Shown here piece by piece: positions 11,770 through 22,307 of a DNA stretch of 64,000 bases (its first letter is position 1; each line of letters starts with the position of its first letter). The notes below the pieces were generated by a model. The model did no database searches and was not told the origin of the DNA. It saw only the letters and a list, made by a program, of their open reading frames with translations. This DNA is from an uncultured delta proteobacterium (lineage in GTDB: Bacteria > Myxococcota_A > Polyangia > Fen-1088). Position numbers and translations under genes: made by a program. The stretch is taken from the NCBI GenBank assembly GCA_963767925.1, contig CAVYGB010000008.1, forward strand, positions 832,001 to 896,000. Direction: 5' to 3'.

Positions 11770-12873
11770 ATGGCCATCTCCTGCGGCATCGTCGGTTTGC
11801 CGAACGTCGGCAAGTCGACCTTGTTCAATGCCCTGTCCGCCGCGGGGGCCGCGGTGGCGAACTATCCGTTCTGCACCATCGAGCCCAACGTGGGCGTGGT
11901 CCCCGTCCCCGACCACCGACTCGACGCCCTGGTGGCGCTGTACAAGCCGAAGTCGGTGGTCCGGGCGACCGTCAACTTCGTCGACATCGCGGGGTTGGTG
12001 CGGGGGGCCTCGAAGGGCGAGGGGCTGGGCAACCAGTTCCTCGCCAACATCCGCGAGGTGGACGCCATCTGCCACGTCGTGCGCTGCTTCGAGGATCCCA
12101 ACGTGATCCACGTCGAAGGACGGATCGATCCGGCGGGCGACGTCGCCACCATCGACACCGAGCTCTGTCTCAAGGACCTCGACAGCGTCGACAAGCGCAT
12201 CGAGCGGGCCAAGAAGGCCCTCAAGGGCCCGGCCCCCAAGGAAGAGAAGCTGACGCTCGAGCTGTGCGAGCGCATCCGTCCGGCCCTCGACGCCGGGATC
12301 CCGGTGCGGGCCCAGGGGCTGGGCGAGGCCGACCTGGCCCTCATCCGGGACCTGTTCCTGCTCACCTCCAAGAAGGTCTTCTTCGTGGCCAACGTGGCCG
12401 AGGGCCAGATCGCCAAGGCCGACAGCGATCCCCTGGTGGGAGCGCTGCGCACCCACGCCGCCGCCCAGGGCTCCCCCGTGGTGGCCATCTGCGCGGCGGC
12501 CGAGGCGGAGATCGCCTCGCTGGAGGAGGTTGATCGGCCGGCCTTCCTCGAGAGCCTGGGGCTCAAGGAGCCAGGGCTGCACGGGGTGGCGCGCACCGCC
12601 TACCAGATCCTCGATCTCATCACCTTCCTCACCGCGGGCGAGGACGAGTGCCGGGCCTGGACGGTCAAGCGCGGAGCCCGCGCCCCCCAGGCGGCCGGTG
12701 CCATCCACACCGACTTCGAGCGCGGCTTCATCAAGGCCGAGGTGATCTGGTGGGAGGACCTGGTCCGGCTCCGCTCGGAGGCCGCCTGCCGCTCGGCCGC
12801 CAAGCTTGCCGTCGAGGGCAAGGAGTACGTCGTCCGCGACGGCGACGTCATCCACTTCAAGTTCAACGTGTAG
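11770..12873 (+). CDS. ychF: Redox-regulated ATPase YchF
   Basis: GLPNVGKST, NYPFCTIEPN, DIAGLV.GAS.GEGLGN.FL. Confidence 0.97.
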   Translation: MAISCGIVGLPNVGKSTLFNALSAAGAAVANYPFCTIEPNVGVVPVPDHRLDALVALYKPKSVVRATVNFVDIAGLVRGASKGEGLGNQFLANIREVDAICHVVRCFEDPNVIHVEGRIDPAGDVATIDTELCLKDLDSVDKRIERAKKALKGPAPKEEKLTLELCERIRPALDAGIPVRAQGLGEADLALIRDLFLLTSKKVFFVANVAEGQIAKADSDPLVGALRTHAAAQGSPVVAICAAAEAEIASLEEVDRPAFLESLGLKEPGLHGVARTAYQILDLITFLTAGEDECRAWTVKRGARAPQAAGAIHTDFERGFIKAEVIWWEDLVRLRSEAACRSAAKLAVEGKEYVVRDGDVIHFKFNV

Positions 12874-13456
12874 CGGGAGCGCCCTTGCGGGCCACCAGCC
12901 GAGCCTCGTGGCGGGCCTCCTCGCCGCCAGCCTCGAACCAGCCTTCCTGGTAGGTGACCACCTCGAGGCCCTGCAACAGGCCGGGCAGCTCGCCGTCCCG
13001 GAGCAGGAAGGGGGCCGGGGGGCGGGGGTGGCGCTGCAGGTTGGTCTCGGTCGGCTGCAGGTAGACCAGCAGACCCCCCGGGGCCAGGTGCTCCGGGAAG
13101 GCGGCGAACAGCTCCCGGCGCAAGAAGTTAAAGGAAAGGATGAGGTCGAAGGGTCCCGCCGGCAGGGGGGCCACCTCGAGGTCGGCCGCGCACAGCTCGA
13201 GGGGGACGTCCACCCGGGCGGCGTGGTCCCGGGCCAGGGTCAGGGCCTCGTCCGAGATGTCGACCAGGGTGACCGCCAGGCCCCGCCGGGCCAGCCAGAC
13301 GGCGTTGCGCCCGGCCCCGCCGGCGACGTCGAGGGCCCGGCCGGTGGTCGGTAGCCGGTCGGCGAGGGCGGTCAAGAAGGCGGCTGGTTGCTCGCGGGCG
13401 TAGGCGCTCCCCTCGCGGAAGCGGGCGTTCCACTTTTCACGATCGGCTTGCGACAT
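12863..13456 (-). CDS. Class I SAM-dependent methyltransferase (TehB-like)
   Basis: ALDVAGGAGRNA.WLA, VDIS. Confidence 0.85.
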   Translation of the reverse strand: MSQADREKWNARFREGSAYAREQPAAFLTALADRLPTTGRALDVAGGAGRNAVWLARRGLAVTLVDISDEALTLARDHAARVDVPLELCAADLEVAPLPAGPFDLILSFNFLRRELFAAFPEHLAPGGLLVYLQPTETNLQRHPRPPAPFLLRDGELPGLLQGLEVVTYQEGWFEAGGEEARHEARLVARKGAPATR

Positions 13457-14432
13457 CGGTCTTCCCGAGCTGGGTGGCGGCCTCACGCAGGGTGCAGAAA
13501 CGGGCCCCCGCCGCCTTCGCCTGGCGCAAGGTCGCATCCAGGGCGGCGAGCTTGCGGGCCAGCGGCTGCCGGAGGTCGAGCTGACGGGAGACGAGGGCGG
13601 CCGGGATGTGATCCGCGTCGGCGTCGGCCAGGTCGATGCCGTGCAGCTCGAGGTTGAAGAAGGGGGTGCTCAGGGCCGACGCCACCAGGCTGCGCCGGAG
13701 CCACTCGGGAGCCAGGACCAGGGCCGAGCCGTAAACCGGGAGGCGCAGGCCCGGGGTCACCGCCATCGGGAGCTCGAGGATGGGGAGATCGCCGCGGCGG
13801 TAGGCGGCCCCCGCGCGGGGGCGGTACGGCTCGCGCGGCGCCAGCAAGACCTGCGGGCTGTCGAGCACGCTGGCCGAGGTCCGCCCCAGCAGGCGCAGGG
13901 CGGTCATCACCGCGGCCTTCGTCAGGTAATACGGGACCGAGGGGAACGCCGACGAATCGTAGCGGTACCGCCGTTCACACAGCAGCTCGACCAGCGCCGG
14001 CGTGGTTGTGTACCCGGGGGCGCGAAAGCCGACCGGGGCCAGCCCCGCGCAGGCGGCGACCGCCTGGTGGGCCCGGTCCACCTCCTGGCCCATTGCCACC
14101 GGATCGAGGCGGACGAGATCGTAAGGATGTGTGTAGCTGTGGTTGGCCAGCTCGTGGCCCGCCCGCGCCAGCTCGCCCAGGAGGGAGCGGCCCTCGGCGT
14201 CCTGGTCCAGGTCCTGGCCCACGACGAAGAAGGTCGCCCGCACGTCGTGGCGGGCGAACAGCTCGGCGAAGCGGGGCAAGCAGCGGCGGAGGATCGCGAA
14301 GCGCGCCTGCTCGGGCGGGGGGCCGGGCAGGGAATAGATCCGGAAGTAACACTCGACCGCGTCGAGGTCGACGGACACCGAGACCAGCGGCTCCGGCGAG
14401 GTGCCCACTCCCCGGAGGGGTCGAATCGTCAC
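13437..14432 (-). CDS. Polysaccharide deacetylase family protein (start uncertain)
   Basis: SVDLD, ATFFVVG, HELANHSYTH, GFRAPG, YDSS. Confidence 0.85.
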   Translation of the reverse strand: MTIRPLRGVGTSPEPLVSVSVDLDAVECYFRIYSLPGPPPEQARFAILRRCLPRFAELFARHDVRATFFVVGQDLDQDAEGRSLLGELARAGHELANHSYTHPYDLVRLDPVAMGQEVDRAHQAVAACAGLAPVGFRAPGYTTTPALVELLCERRYRYDSSAFPSVPYYLTKAAVMTALRLLGRTSASVLDSPQVLLAPREPYRPRAGAAYRRGDLPILELPMAVTPGLRLPVYGSALVLAPEWLRRSLVASALSTPFFNLELHGIDLADADADHIPAALVSRQLDLRQPLARKLAALDATLRQAKAAGARFCTLREAATQLGKTDVASRS

Positions 14433-14482
14433 CGGGCAAATGGTAGCAGAGACCGCCGGTGATTCCGGTATTGTGGGATACA

Positions 14483-16279
14483 ATGCCGCCCTCGGACCCT
14501 GCACCTGCCGCTGCGCCCATCCGCTACCGGGTCTCTCTCTCCGACCCGGCCAGCCACGAGATCGAGGTGCGCATGGAGGTGCCCGCGCTGCCCGAGCGCA
14601 CCTTGCTCCGCTTCGGGATGCCGGCCTGGGCCCCCGGCAGCTACATGATCCGCGACTTCGCCCGCCACGTGTACGACCTGCGGGTGGTGGACGGGCGGGG
14701 GCGCGAGCTGCCGGTGGAGCGCCTCGACAAGCAGCGCTGGGAGGTGCTCTCGAGCGGCCAGCCGCTGCGGATCACCTGGCGCGTGTTCGCCTTCGAGGAG
14801 TCGGTGCGCACCTCGTTCTTCGACGACCGGCACGCCTTCTTCAACGGGACGAGCGTGTTCTTCTACCTCGAGGACGAGCTGGGCCGACCCTGTGAGGTGG
14901 AGGTGGAGCCCCGGCGCGGCTGGACCGTGTCGACCCCTCTGCCCCGACTACCCGGCCGCCGGCCGCGCTTCCAGGCGTCGTCCTACGACGAGCTGGCCGA
15001 TTCACCCTTCGAGGTCGGGACCCACGCCCTGCACACCTTCAAGGTCGGACGAACCGCCTTCGAGGTCGCCCTCTACGGTCCCACCAACGCGGTGGTGCCG
15101 CGGCTGCTGGCGAGCCTGCGCAAGATCGTCACGGCCACCGGCGCCATGTTCGGGGGTTTCCCCTTCGACCGTTACCTCTTCATCATCCATTGCCTGCCGG
15201 CGCGGGGCGGGGGCCTCGAGCACGCCTCCTCGTGCACCCTCGACATCGCCGGCTTCGGCTTCGAGGATGAGAAGGGTTATCAGCGCTTCGACGAGCTGGC
15301 CGCCCACGAGTTCTTTCACGCCTGGAACGTGAAGCGGATCCACGACCGGGTCCTGGGGCCCTTCGACTACCGGAAGGAGAGCTATACCCGCCTGCTCTGG
15401 TTCCACGAGGGCTTCACCGAATACATGGAGAGCGTCGTGCTGCTGCGGGCGGGCCTGCTCGACGCCGACACCTACCTCGACGACCTGGCCGACGACTGGC
15501 CCCGCTACCTGGCGCGCCCCGGGCGCAACGTCACCCCCCTGTCGGAGCTGTCCTTCGAGGCCTGGATCAAGCTCTACAAGCCGGCCGACAACCACCTCAA
15601 CCGGACGGTCAGCTACTACGAGAAGGGGAAGTGGGCGGCCCTGGTGCTCGAGATCCTGATGCGCGAAGCGACCCAGGGGCGCCGGGGGGTCGAGCACCTG
15701 TTCCGGCGGCTGTGGAGCCAGTTCGGGCGCCGGGGGGTGGGGCTGACCGAGGCGGACATCCAGGCGGCGGTGGCCGAGACCGCCGGCAAGTCACTGGCCA
15801 GCTATTTCTCCCGCTACATCCGGGGTACGGAGGAGCTGCCGGTGCCGGCGCTGCTGCGGCGGGCCGGCCTGCGGGTGGAGCGGGAGGCCCCCTGGCTGGA
15901 GGAGCGGGAGGGGGATCGGGTGCGCGCCCGGCGGATGCAGGTCTGGACGGGGATCGTCTGGGTGGGTGGCAATTCGAGCGCCGAACGGGCCACCGTCCGG
16001 TCGGTCGTGCCCGACTCACCCGCCTGGCGGGCGGGCCTCACCTACGGCGACGAGGTGATCGCCGTCGAGGGCCACCGGGTCACGGCCGCCACTGCTTCGC
16101 GCCGGCTGGCGGACCGACCCCCGGGGACCCAGATGACGCTGCACCTGTTTCGTCGCGAAGCGCTGCAGACGGTCCGGCTCACCCTGGGTACCTCGACCGA
16201 GCGGAAGCTGGATCTGGCCTTCGCCGAGCGCCCCGCGCAGCTCGCCCGGGCGGTCCGGCACGGCTGGCTGGGGGTCTGA
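14483..16279 (+). CDS. M61 glycyl aminopeptidase with PDZ domain
   Basis: WAPGSY, GGGLEH, HEFFHAWN, LLWFHEGFT, C-terminal PDZ. Confidence 0.9.
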   Translation: MPPSDPAPAAAPIRYRVSLSDPASHEIEVRMEVPALPERTLLRFGMPAWAPGSYMIRDFARHVYDLRVVDGRGRELPVERLDKQRWEVLSSGQPLRITWRVFAFEESVRTSFFDDRHAFFNGTSVFFYLEDELGRPCEVEVEPRRGWTVSTPLPRLPGRRPRFQASSYDELADSPFEVGTHALHTFKVGRTAFEVALYGPTNAVVPRLLASLRKIVTATGAMFGGFPFDRYLFIIHCLPARGGGLEHASSCTLDIAGFGFEDEKGYQRFDELAAHEFFHAWNVKRIHDRVLGPFDYRKESYTRLLWFHEGFTEYMESVVLLRAGLLDADTYLDDLADDWPRYLARPGRNVTPLSELSFEAWIKLYKPADNHLNRTVSYYEKGKWAALVLEILMREATQGRRGVEHLFRRLWSQFGRRGVGLTEADIQAAVAETAGKSLASYFSRYIRGTEELPVPALLRRAGLRVEREAPWLEEREGDRVRARRMQVWTGIVWVGGNSSAERATVRSVVPDSPAWRAGLTYGDEVIAVEGHRVTAATASRRLADRPPGTQMTLHLFRREALQTVRLTLGTSTERKLDLAFAERPAQLARAVRHGWLGV

Positions 16280-16343
16280 GGCAGCCTGTGCGGCCGGGGG
16301 TGAAAAACCAGAAAAAGCGGGGCAGAATCGAGTGGGGGGTCGA

Positions 16344-17207
16344 ATGAGACCGAGCGCTACTCTGCACGACCGGATACTGATCGCCGCAGAAGCGGCTGCC
16401 GAACGGCTGGACGCGGCCGGCGCCGAGGTCGCCGTCGTCCTGGGATCGGGCCTGGCGCACGCGGCCGATACCCTGGAGGACGCCCTGGCCGTGCCCTACG
16501 CCTCGCTGCCCGGCTTCCCGGAGACGACGGTGGCGGGACACCCGGGCCGCCTCATCGTGGGGCGCTGGCAGGGGCGCAAGGCGCTGGTGCTGTGTGGCAG
16601 GGTCCACGCCTACGAGGGCTACTGCGCCAGCGAGGTCGGGTTCGCCGTGCGGGTGGCGGCCACCCTGGGGGCCCAATCGGCGGTCATCACCAACGTCTCG
16701 GGCGCGGTCGACCCGGCCTTCGAGGTCGGCGAGATCGTGGCCATCTCCGACCACGTCAACCTCACGGGGAGCTCGCCCCTGACCGGTCCCAACGACGAAC
16801 GGCTGGGTCCGCGCTTCGTCGACATGGCCGAGGCTTACACCCCGTCGCTGCGCGCGCTGGCCGCCGAGGTGGCGCAGAGCCTGTTCGACAAGCCGCTGCG
16901 CGAGGGGGTCTATGCCGGCATGCCCGGCCCCTCGTACGAGACGCCGGCCGAGGTGCGGATGCTGCGGATCCTCGGTGTGGGGCTGGTCGGGATGTCGACC
17001 ATCCACGAGGTGATCAGCGCCCGCCACGCCGGGCTGGCCGTGCTGGGGCTGTCCCTGGTGGCCAACCCGGCGGCGGGGGTCAAGAAGGGCCGCCTGAGCC
17101 ACGAGGACGTGACCCGCGCCGCGGCGGCAGGGGCCGGACGGATGGGCGAGCTCCTGGCCAGCGTGGTCGGCCGCATCCCCGACGCCGGGACGGCGAGGGC
17201 CGGTTGA
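16344..17207 (+). CDS. punA: Purine-nucleoside phosphorylase
   Basis: VLGSGL, GRVHAYEG, GPSYETPAE, VGMST. Confidence 0.9.
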   Translation: MRPSATLHDRILIAAEAAAERLDAAGAEVAVVLGSGLAHAADTLEDALAVPYASLPGFPETTVAGHPGRLIVGRWQGRKALVLCGRVHAYEGYCASEVGFAVRVAATLGAQSAVITNVSGAVDPAFEVGEIVAISDHVNLTGSSPLTGPNDERLGPRFVDMAEAYTPSLRALAAEVAQSLFDKPLREGVYAGMPGPSYETPAEVRMLRILGVGLVGMSTIHEVISARHAGLAVLGLSLVANPAAGVKKGRLSHEDVTRAAAAGAGRMGELLASVVGRIPDAGTARAG

Positions 17208-17620
17208 AGCAGGGGAGCCCGCTCCCACCGGGCCGGCTGGGACCGCTCCTGCTGGCGGCCCGGAAGGTGCGGCGCAACGCTCGCGCGCCCTATTCGAAGT
17301 TCCAGGTGGGGGCGGCGGTGCTCGACGAGCGCGGTCGCATCCACGTCGGCTGCAACCTGGAGAACGCCTCTTACGGGCTCACCGTGTGCGCCGAGCGCAA
17401 CGCGGTCGCGGCGGCGGTCGCGGCCGGGGCCCGGAACATCCGGGCGGTAGCGGTGGTCACCGCGGCCCGCCCGGTGGCGACCCCCTGCGGGGCCTGCCGC
17501 CAGGTCCTGGCCGAGGTGGGCGGACCGGCGCTGTCGGTGGTGCTGGCCGGGCCGGTCGGCAAGGCCCAGAAGGTGCACGCCCTGGCCGACCTGTTGCCCG
17601 AAGCGTTCGTCCTGCGCTGA
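17204..17620 (+). CDS. cdd: Cytidine deaminase
   Basis: APYSKFQVGAA, CAERNA, PCGACRQ. Confidence 0.92.
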   Translation: MKQGSPLPPGRLGPLLLAARKVRRNARAPYSKFQVGAAVLDERGRIHVGCNLENASYGLTVCAERNAVAAAVAAGARNIRAVAVVTAARPVATPCGACRQVLAEVGGPALSVVLAGPVGKAQKVHALADLLPEAFVLR

Positions 17621-17623
17621 GGG

Positions 17624-19075
17624 TCAGCCCCCCGCCTCGTCGAAGTGGTAGCCGGCCTCGCCGTGCTCGACCTGGTCGAGGCCGAGCTCCTCGGTCTCCT
17701 TGTCGGACCGCAGGCCGAGGGTCACCTTGACCACGAGGGCGATCACCACCGTGCCCGCCACCGACCAGCCGATGGTCAGGAGGATCGCCTTGACCTGCTC
17801 GAGCCACAACGTCCGACCGACGAGGTCCTTGAGGTTGGCGGTCAGGTTGGGGTTGGCCTCCTGGGTGGCGAAGAAGCCGGTCAGCAAGGCGCCCAGGGTG
17901 CCGCCCACCCCGTGTACCCCGAAGGTGTCGAGGGCGTCGTCGTACTTGAAGATCGACTTGAGCTTGGTGCAGGCAAAGTAGGGGACCACCCCGGCGAGGA
18001 CCCCGATCAGGACGGCCCCGCTGGCGGTGACGAACCCCGCGCCCGGCGTGATCACGACCAGGCCTGCGACAACCCCCGAGCAGAAGCCCAGCACGGTCGG
18101 CTTGCCCCGGGTGACCCACTCGAGCAGGGGCCAGGTGGCGCCTGCCACCGCGGCGGCGATGGTGGTGGTCATGAAGGCGTTGGCGGCGATGGCGTCGGCG
18201 GCCACCGCGCTGCCGGCGTTGAAGCCGTACCAGCCGACCCACAACATCCCGGTGCCCACCACGGTGAGGACCATGCTGTGGGGGAGGTAGGCCCGCTGGC
18301 CGAAGCCGGTGCGCTTGCCGAGGATGAGGCAGAGGGCGAGGGCCGACCAGCCGGAGGTCATGTGCACGACGGTGCCGCCGGCGAAGTCGATGGCCTGGAT
18401 CGAGGCCTTGGCGTTCCAGACCCCGTTCATGAGGCCGTCGGGGGCCCAGGCCATGTGGGCGAAGGGGAAATAGACCAGGAACATCCAGAGCAGGACGAAG
18501 AGCATCACCGCCGAATATTTCATCCGCTCGGCGATGGCCCCCACGATGAGGGCGGGCGTGATGATGGCGAACATGAGCTGGTACATCGAGAACACGCTCT
18601 GCGAGACCCAGTAGGAGAAGTCGGTGTTGGGCGCCCCTCCCACCCCTCGCAAGAAGGCCATCGAGAAGCCGCCGATGACCGGTGAGCCGCGGGTGAAGGC
18701 CAGGCTGTATCCGACCAGCCACCACAGGATCGTCACCAGCCCGGCGCAGCCCATGCACTGGGCGAGCACCGAGAGCACGTTCTTTCGCCGCACCAGGCCG
18801 CCGTAGAACAGGGCCAGCCCGGGTAAGGTCATGAACAGCACCAGGGCGGCGGCGACCATCATGAAGCCGTTGTGGCCAGGGCCGGGGGTGTAGCCCGCCT
18901 TGGGATCGGCGTTGTTGATGTACGCCTCGACGAGGGCGACCTTGGCCGCCAGCTCGGTCAGGGAGGGGGCGGCCTCGGCCGGGGGCTGGGCCAGGGCGGG
19001 GGGGCTGGCGGCAGCGGCGGCCAGCAGGAGCATCAGCAGGGGGAGGGCCAGGACCTTCACGGTGCGCATCGGCAT
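17624..19075 (-). CDS. amtB: Ammonium transporter
   Basis: MTLPGLALFYGG, DFAGGTVVH, WYGFNAGS, DDALDTFGVHG. Confidence 0.95.
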   Translation of the reverse strand: MPMRTVKVLALPLLMLLLAAAAASPPALAQPPAEAAPSLTELAAKVALVEAYINNADPKAGYTPGPGHNGFMMVAAALVLFMTLPGLALFYGGLVRRKNVLSVLAQCMGCAGLVTILWWLVGYSLAFTRGSPVIGGFSMAFLRGVGGAPNTDFSYWVSQSVFSMYQLMFAIITPALIVGAIAERMKYSAVMLFVLLWMFLVYFPFAHMAWAPDGLMNGVWNAKASIQAIDFAGGTVVHMTSGWSALALCLILGKRTGFGQRAYLPHSMVLTVVGTGMLWVGWYGFNAGSAVAADAIAANAFMTTTIAAAVAGATWPLLEWVTRGKPTVLGFCSGVVAGLVVITPGAGFVTASGAVLIGVLAGVVPYFACTKLKSIFKYDDALDTFGVHGVGGTLGALLTGFFATQEANPNLTANLKDLVGRTLWLEQVKAILLTIGWSVAGTVVIALVVKVTLGLRSDKETEELGLDQVEHGEAGYHFDEAGG

Positions 19076-19171
19076 GCCTTTCTGGCGTTCGGCAGCCGGC
19101 GCGAGCGCCACGCGCGAGAAACGCCGTGGCCGTGAAGGGTAGAGGCTTTCGGTGAAAACTGGAAGCCGGGA

Positions 19172-20782
19172 CTACACCTGTCGGGCGGTCTCGTGCCGCC
19201 AGGGATTGGTGCCACGGAGGCCGATGACGTTGAAGACCTTCTGCTCCTGGGCCTTGTTCTTGAAGCGCATGGGGGGCATCGCCACCGCCGCCACCCGGTC
19301 GCCGATCTTGCGGTAGGTGGCCTCGGAGACGAGGATCTGCTCGGCCTTGGCGGCGCTGCACAGGCGGGCGGCCAGGTTCATGGCGTCGCCGATGGCGGTG
19401 TACTGGAGGGCGCGGGAGGACCCGATGGCGCCCGTGATGACGGCGCCGGTGTCGATGCCGATCCCGGCCCGGATCTCGTCTTGCCCCTCGGCCATGCGGG
19501 TGCGGTTGAAGTCCTTGAGGGCCCGCTGCATGGCCAGGGCACATTCGACCGCGTGCAGCTCGGCGTCGGGGATGGCCACCGGGGCTCCGAACAGGGCGAT
19601 GATCTCGTCGCCCACGAACTTGTCGAGGGTGCCGTTGTACTGGAAGATCACGTCCACCATCACCTCGAAGTACTCGTTGAGCATGCGCACGATCTCGTGC
19701 GGGGGACGGGTCTCGGTCATGGCGGTGAAGCCGCGGATGTCGGAGAACAGGGCGGTCACCTCCTGGAGGGCGCCGCCCTTCTCGAGCTGGAGCTTGCCCG
19801 CCACCACCTGGTCGACGAGGTTGGGCGACAGCAGGCGCTGGAACTGGGCCCGGGTCTTGGCCTCGTGCTCGATCTTGCGGGCCAGCAGCGTGTTGTGGAT
19901 GGCGACCGCGGCCTGGCCGCCGATGCCGGCGAAGAGCTGCAGGTCCTTGGCCCCGAAGGCGCCGGTGGTGACCATGGTGTCGAGGTGCATGACCCCCAGC
20001 AGCTCGTCGTGGTGCACCAGGGGGACGGTCATGGTCGAGCGGATCCCCTGCAAGATGATGGAGTGGGCCCCCGAGAAGCGGCTGTCCATCGAGGCGTCGG
20101 CCGAGAGGACGGCGGTCTTCTGCTGCACGACCTCCGCCAGGATCGAGCGCGACAGCACGATCTGCTCGTTGCGACCATCGCGGGTGCGGGCGATGCGCGG
20201 GCGGGGGACCCCCTCCTCCATGAGGAGGATGACCCCCCGGTCGGCGGGGATGAGCTCGAAGGCTTTGAGGAGGATCTTGGCCAGCAGGAGGTCGACGTCC
20301 ACCTCGAGGCCGATCGAGCGCGCCAGCTCGTGGGCCAGGCGCAGCTTCTCGTAGTCCCGGCGCAGCAGCTCGAGGTCGGTGATCTCTTTTTCGGGCTGGA
20401 ACTCCCGGGAGCCCGGGCCGGCCTGCAGGCGCTGCCGGATCAGGGTCTCGTTGGGGGCGGGCTCGATGCTGACCCGTTCGAGGACGGCCTCCGAGGCGCT
20501 CTGGTCGTGGAAGACGAGCTGGGTGCTCCCCAGGGTGAGCTCATCCCCCTCGCCGAGCAGGTGCTCGCTGATGCGCTCGCCGCGGAGGAACGATCCGTTG
20601 AGGCTGCCGAGGTCCCGGTAGAGGTAGGCGCCGCTGGGCTGCCGGATCACCTGGGCATGTTCCTTCGACACGATCCGGTCGAGGATCTGCACCATGTTGT
20701 CGGGGTGACGCCCGATCGTCGTCACGGCGCCGAGCTCGATCTCCCGCCGACCATCGTTGCCGAGCACCACGAGCTTGGCCAT
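19172..20782 (-). CDS. FHA-GAF-adenylate/guanylate cyclase
   Basis: FHA (IGRHPDN, SKEHA, SLNG), GAF, FSDIRGFT, DKFVGD, YTAIGDAMNLAARL. Confidence 0.92.
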   Translation of the reverse strand: MAKLVVLGNDGRREIELGAVTTIGRHPDNMVQILDRIVSKEHAQVIRQPSGAYLYRDLGSLNGSFLRGERISEHLLGEGDELTLGSTQLVFHDQSASEAVLERVSIEPAPNETLIRQRLQAGPGSREFQPEKEITDLELLRRDYEKLRLAHELARSIGLEVDVDLLLAKILLKAFELIPADRGVILLMEEGVPRPRIARTRDGRNEQIVLSRSILAEVVQQKTAVLSADASMDSRFSGAHSIILQGIRSTMTVPLVHHDELLGVMHLDTMVTTGAFGAKDLQLFAGIGGQAAVAIHNTLLARKIEHEAKTRAQFQRLLSPNLVDQVVAGKLQLEKGGALQEVTALFSDIRGFTAMTETRPPHEIVRMLNEYFEVMVDVIFQYNGTLDKFVGDEIIALFGAPVAIPDAELHAVECALAMQRALKDFNRTRMAEGQDEIRAGIGIDTGAVITGAIGSSRALQYTAIGDAMNLAARLCSAAKAEQILVSEATYRKIGDRVAAVAMPPMRFKNKAQEQKVFNVIGLRGTNPWRHETARQV

Positions 20783-20816
20783 TCCGCCTCGTTGCAGTCT
20801 AACACGCCTGGGGCGT

Positions 20817-21251
20817 CTACCAATCGACCCGGGCGGCGTCGGTCTCTACCCGGGGACTGAAGGAGAGGAGGATGGTCTTGTCGAGGAGCGGGATGGTGAA
20901 GGGGGCCTGGAAGCGGGCCTCCATGGCCACGATCTTCTTGTTCCGCTCGATGACCACTTCGAGCTTCTTGTCGGTGACCCCCACCTGGCGCAGGCGCTGG
21001 GCGACCGTTCGTTTGAGGGTGTGGATATGGCCGCGCACGCTGGGGTCGGACGACTGGAGGTTGAGCTTCCAGAGGTTGGGCAGGGCATCGCCCAGCTCGC
21101 TTTCGACGTTGGAGCGCAGCGAAAACACCGGCCAGATCGCGTAGACCAGGTAGCCGAGCACGGTGACGATCAACATGATGGAGAGCGACACGCCGTTGAG
21201 GCGGCGCGGCTCCTTGTAATTGAACTTCGAGCGCGGCTGTATGGTCTGCAT
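20817..21251 (-). CDS. Single-TM pilin-like/DUF4845-like protein
   Basis: Basic N-terminus, Gly, hydrophobic helix, soluble domain. Confidence 0.5.
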   Translation of the reverse strand: MQTIQPRSKFNYKEPRRLNGVSLSIMLIVTVLGYLVYAIWPVFSLRSNVESELGDALPNLWKLNLQSSDPSVRGHIHTLKRTVAQRLRQVGVTDKKLEVVIERNKKIVAMEARFQAPFTIPLLDKTILLSFSPRVETDAARVDW

Positions 21252-21288
21252 GGCGAGCCCCGGGACGTCGAGGGCCCCACCATTAAGA

Positions 21289-22221
21289 TCAGGATGCCGA
21301 GGGTATTTCTTTAGCTCCTGCCTTGAGGGTCTTGACGAGCTGGCTCCGGACGCAGATCAACCCCACGGCGATCTGTACGCACCAGGCGATGGCCTGGGTG
21401 CCCAGGCTGGCGGCAAAGACGGTCGCCTCACGCAGGCTGGCGTCCCCGGGGGCGTAGCGGGCAAAGAAGAAGATCATGGCGCCCTGGGTGGGCCCCACGC
21501 CCTGGACCGAGATGGGCAGGACAGCCACCAGGAGCACCACCGGGAAGCAGAGCAGGGTCTGGAGGAGAGGGACCCGGACCCCGAAGGCGTGAAGGGCGAC
21601 GTGGTTGAGCGCCAGCAAGGTGGCGACATGTGGGGCCCGCACCACCAGCGCCCTCACATGTCCGACCAGGCCGGCGTTGAGCAGGACGTCGAGGATCGGT
21701 CGGCGCAGCAGCCAGGCCGGGCGCCAGACCAGCAGCGCAACGTAGAAGGCGAGGCCGCCGTAGGCGATCCAGATGAGGTTGCGCACCTCGGGCAGGACCT
21801 CCGCGCCGAGGACCAGCCCCAGCGTCGAGAGGAAGAGGAGCAGGAGGAGGTTGATGCCCATGATGAGCACCACCGCCGCCGCCGCTCGCACCAGCGGCAC
21901 GCCGCGGGAGCGGTTCAGGAAGTAGACGAACGCGCCCTGTCCGAGGGCATAGTTGATGAGCGCCAGCAGATAGGTCGCCCCCCGCAAGGTGAGCGTCTCC
22001 CGGAAGGTGAGGGGCGCGACGAACCAGCCGAAGGTGGTCCAGATGGCCAGGCAGTCGGCCAGGTAGACCAGCAGCACGATCGAGGCGATGGTGGGGATGG
22101 TCCAGGGGGCGGCGTTGCGGGCGGCCTGGACCACCTGCTCGAACGGCAGTCGGGAAAAGAGATAGGCGAGGACCCCGGCGGTGATCAGCCAGGGTAGAAG
22201 CCTCGTCACGGTTCGGCGCAT
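21289..22221 (-). CDS. Lysylphosphatidylglycerol synthase TM/flippase-like protein
   Basis: Multi-TM, LPISVQGVG motif. Confidence 0.75.
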   Translation of the reverse strand: MRRTVTRLLPWLITAGVLAYLFSRLPFEQVVQAARNAAPWTIPTIASIVLLVYLADCLAIWTTFGWFVAPLTFRETLTLRGATYLLALINYALGQGAFVYFLNRSRGVPLVRAAAAVVLIMGINLLLLLFLSTLGLVLGAEVLPEVRNLIWIAYGGLAFYVALLVWRPAWLLRRPILDVLLNAGLVGHVRALVVRAPHVATLLALNHVALHAFGVRVPLLQTLLCFPVVLLVAVLPISVQGVGPTQGAMIFFFARYAPGDASLREATVFAASLGTQAIAWCVQIAVGLICVRSQLVKTLKAGAKEIPSAS

Positions 22222-22307
22222 TGGCCGGTGACAGTACCCTACTGGAACGCGTCCTGCCCAGGTTGCGCGGACGGCGCGGAAAGAGCGAAACTGGCGCGAG
22301 GCTGTCC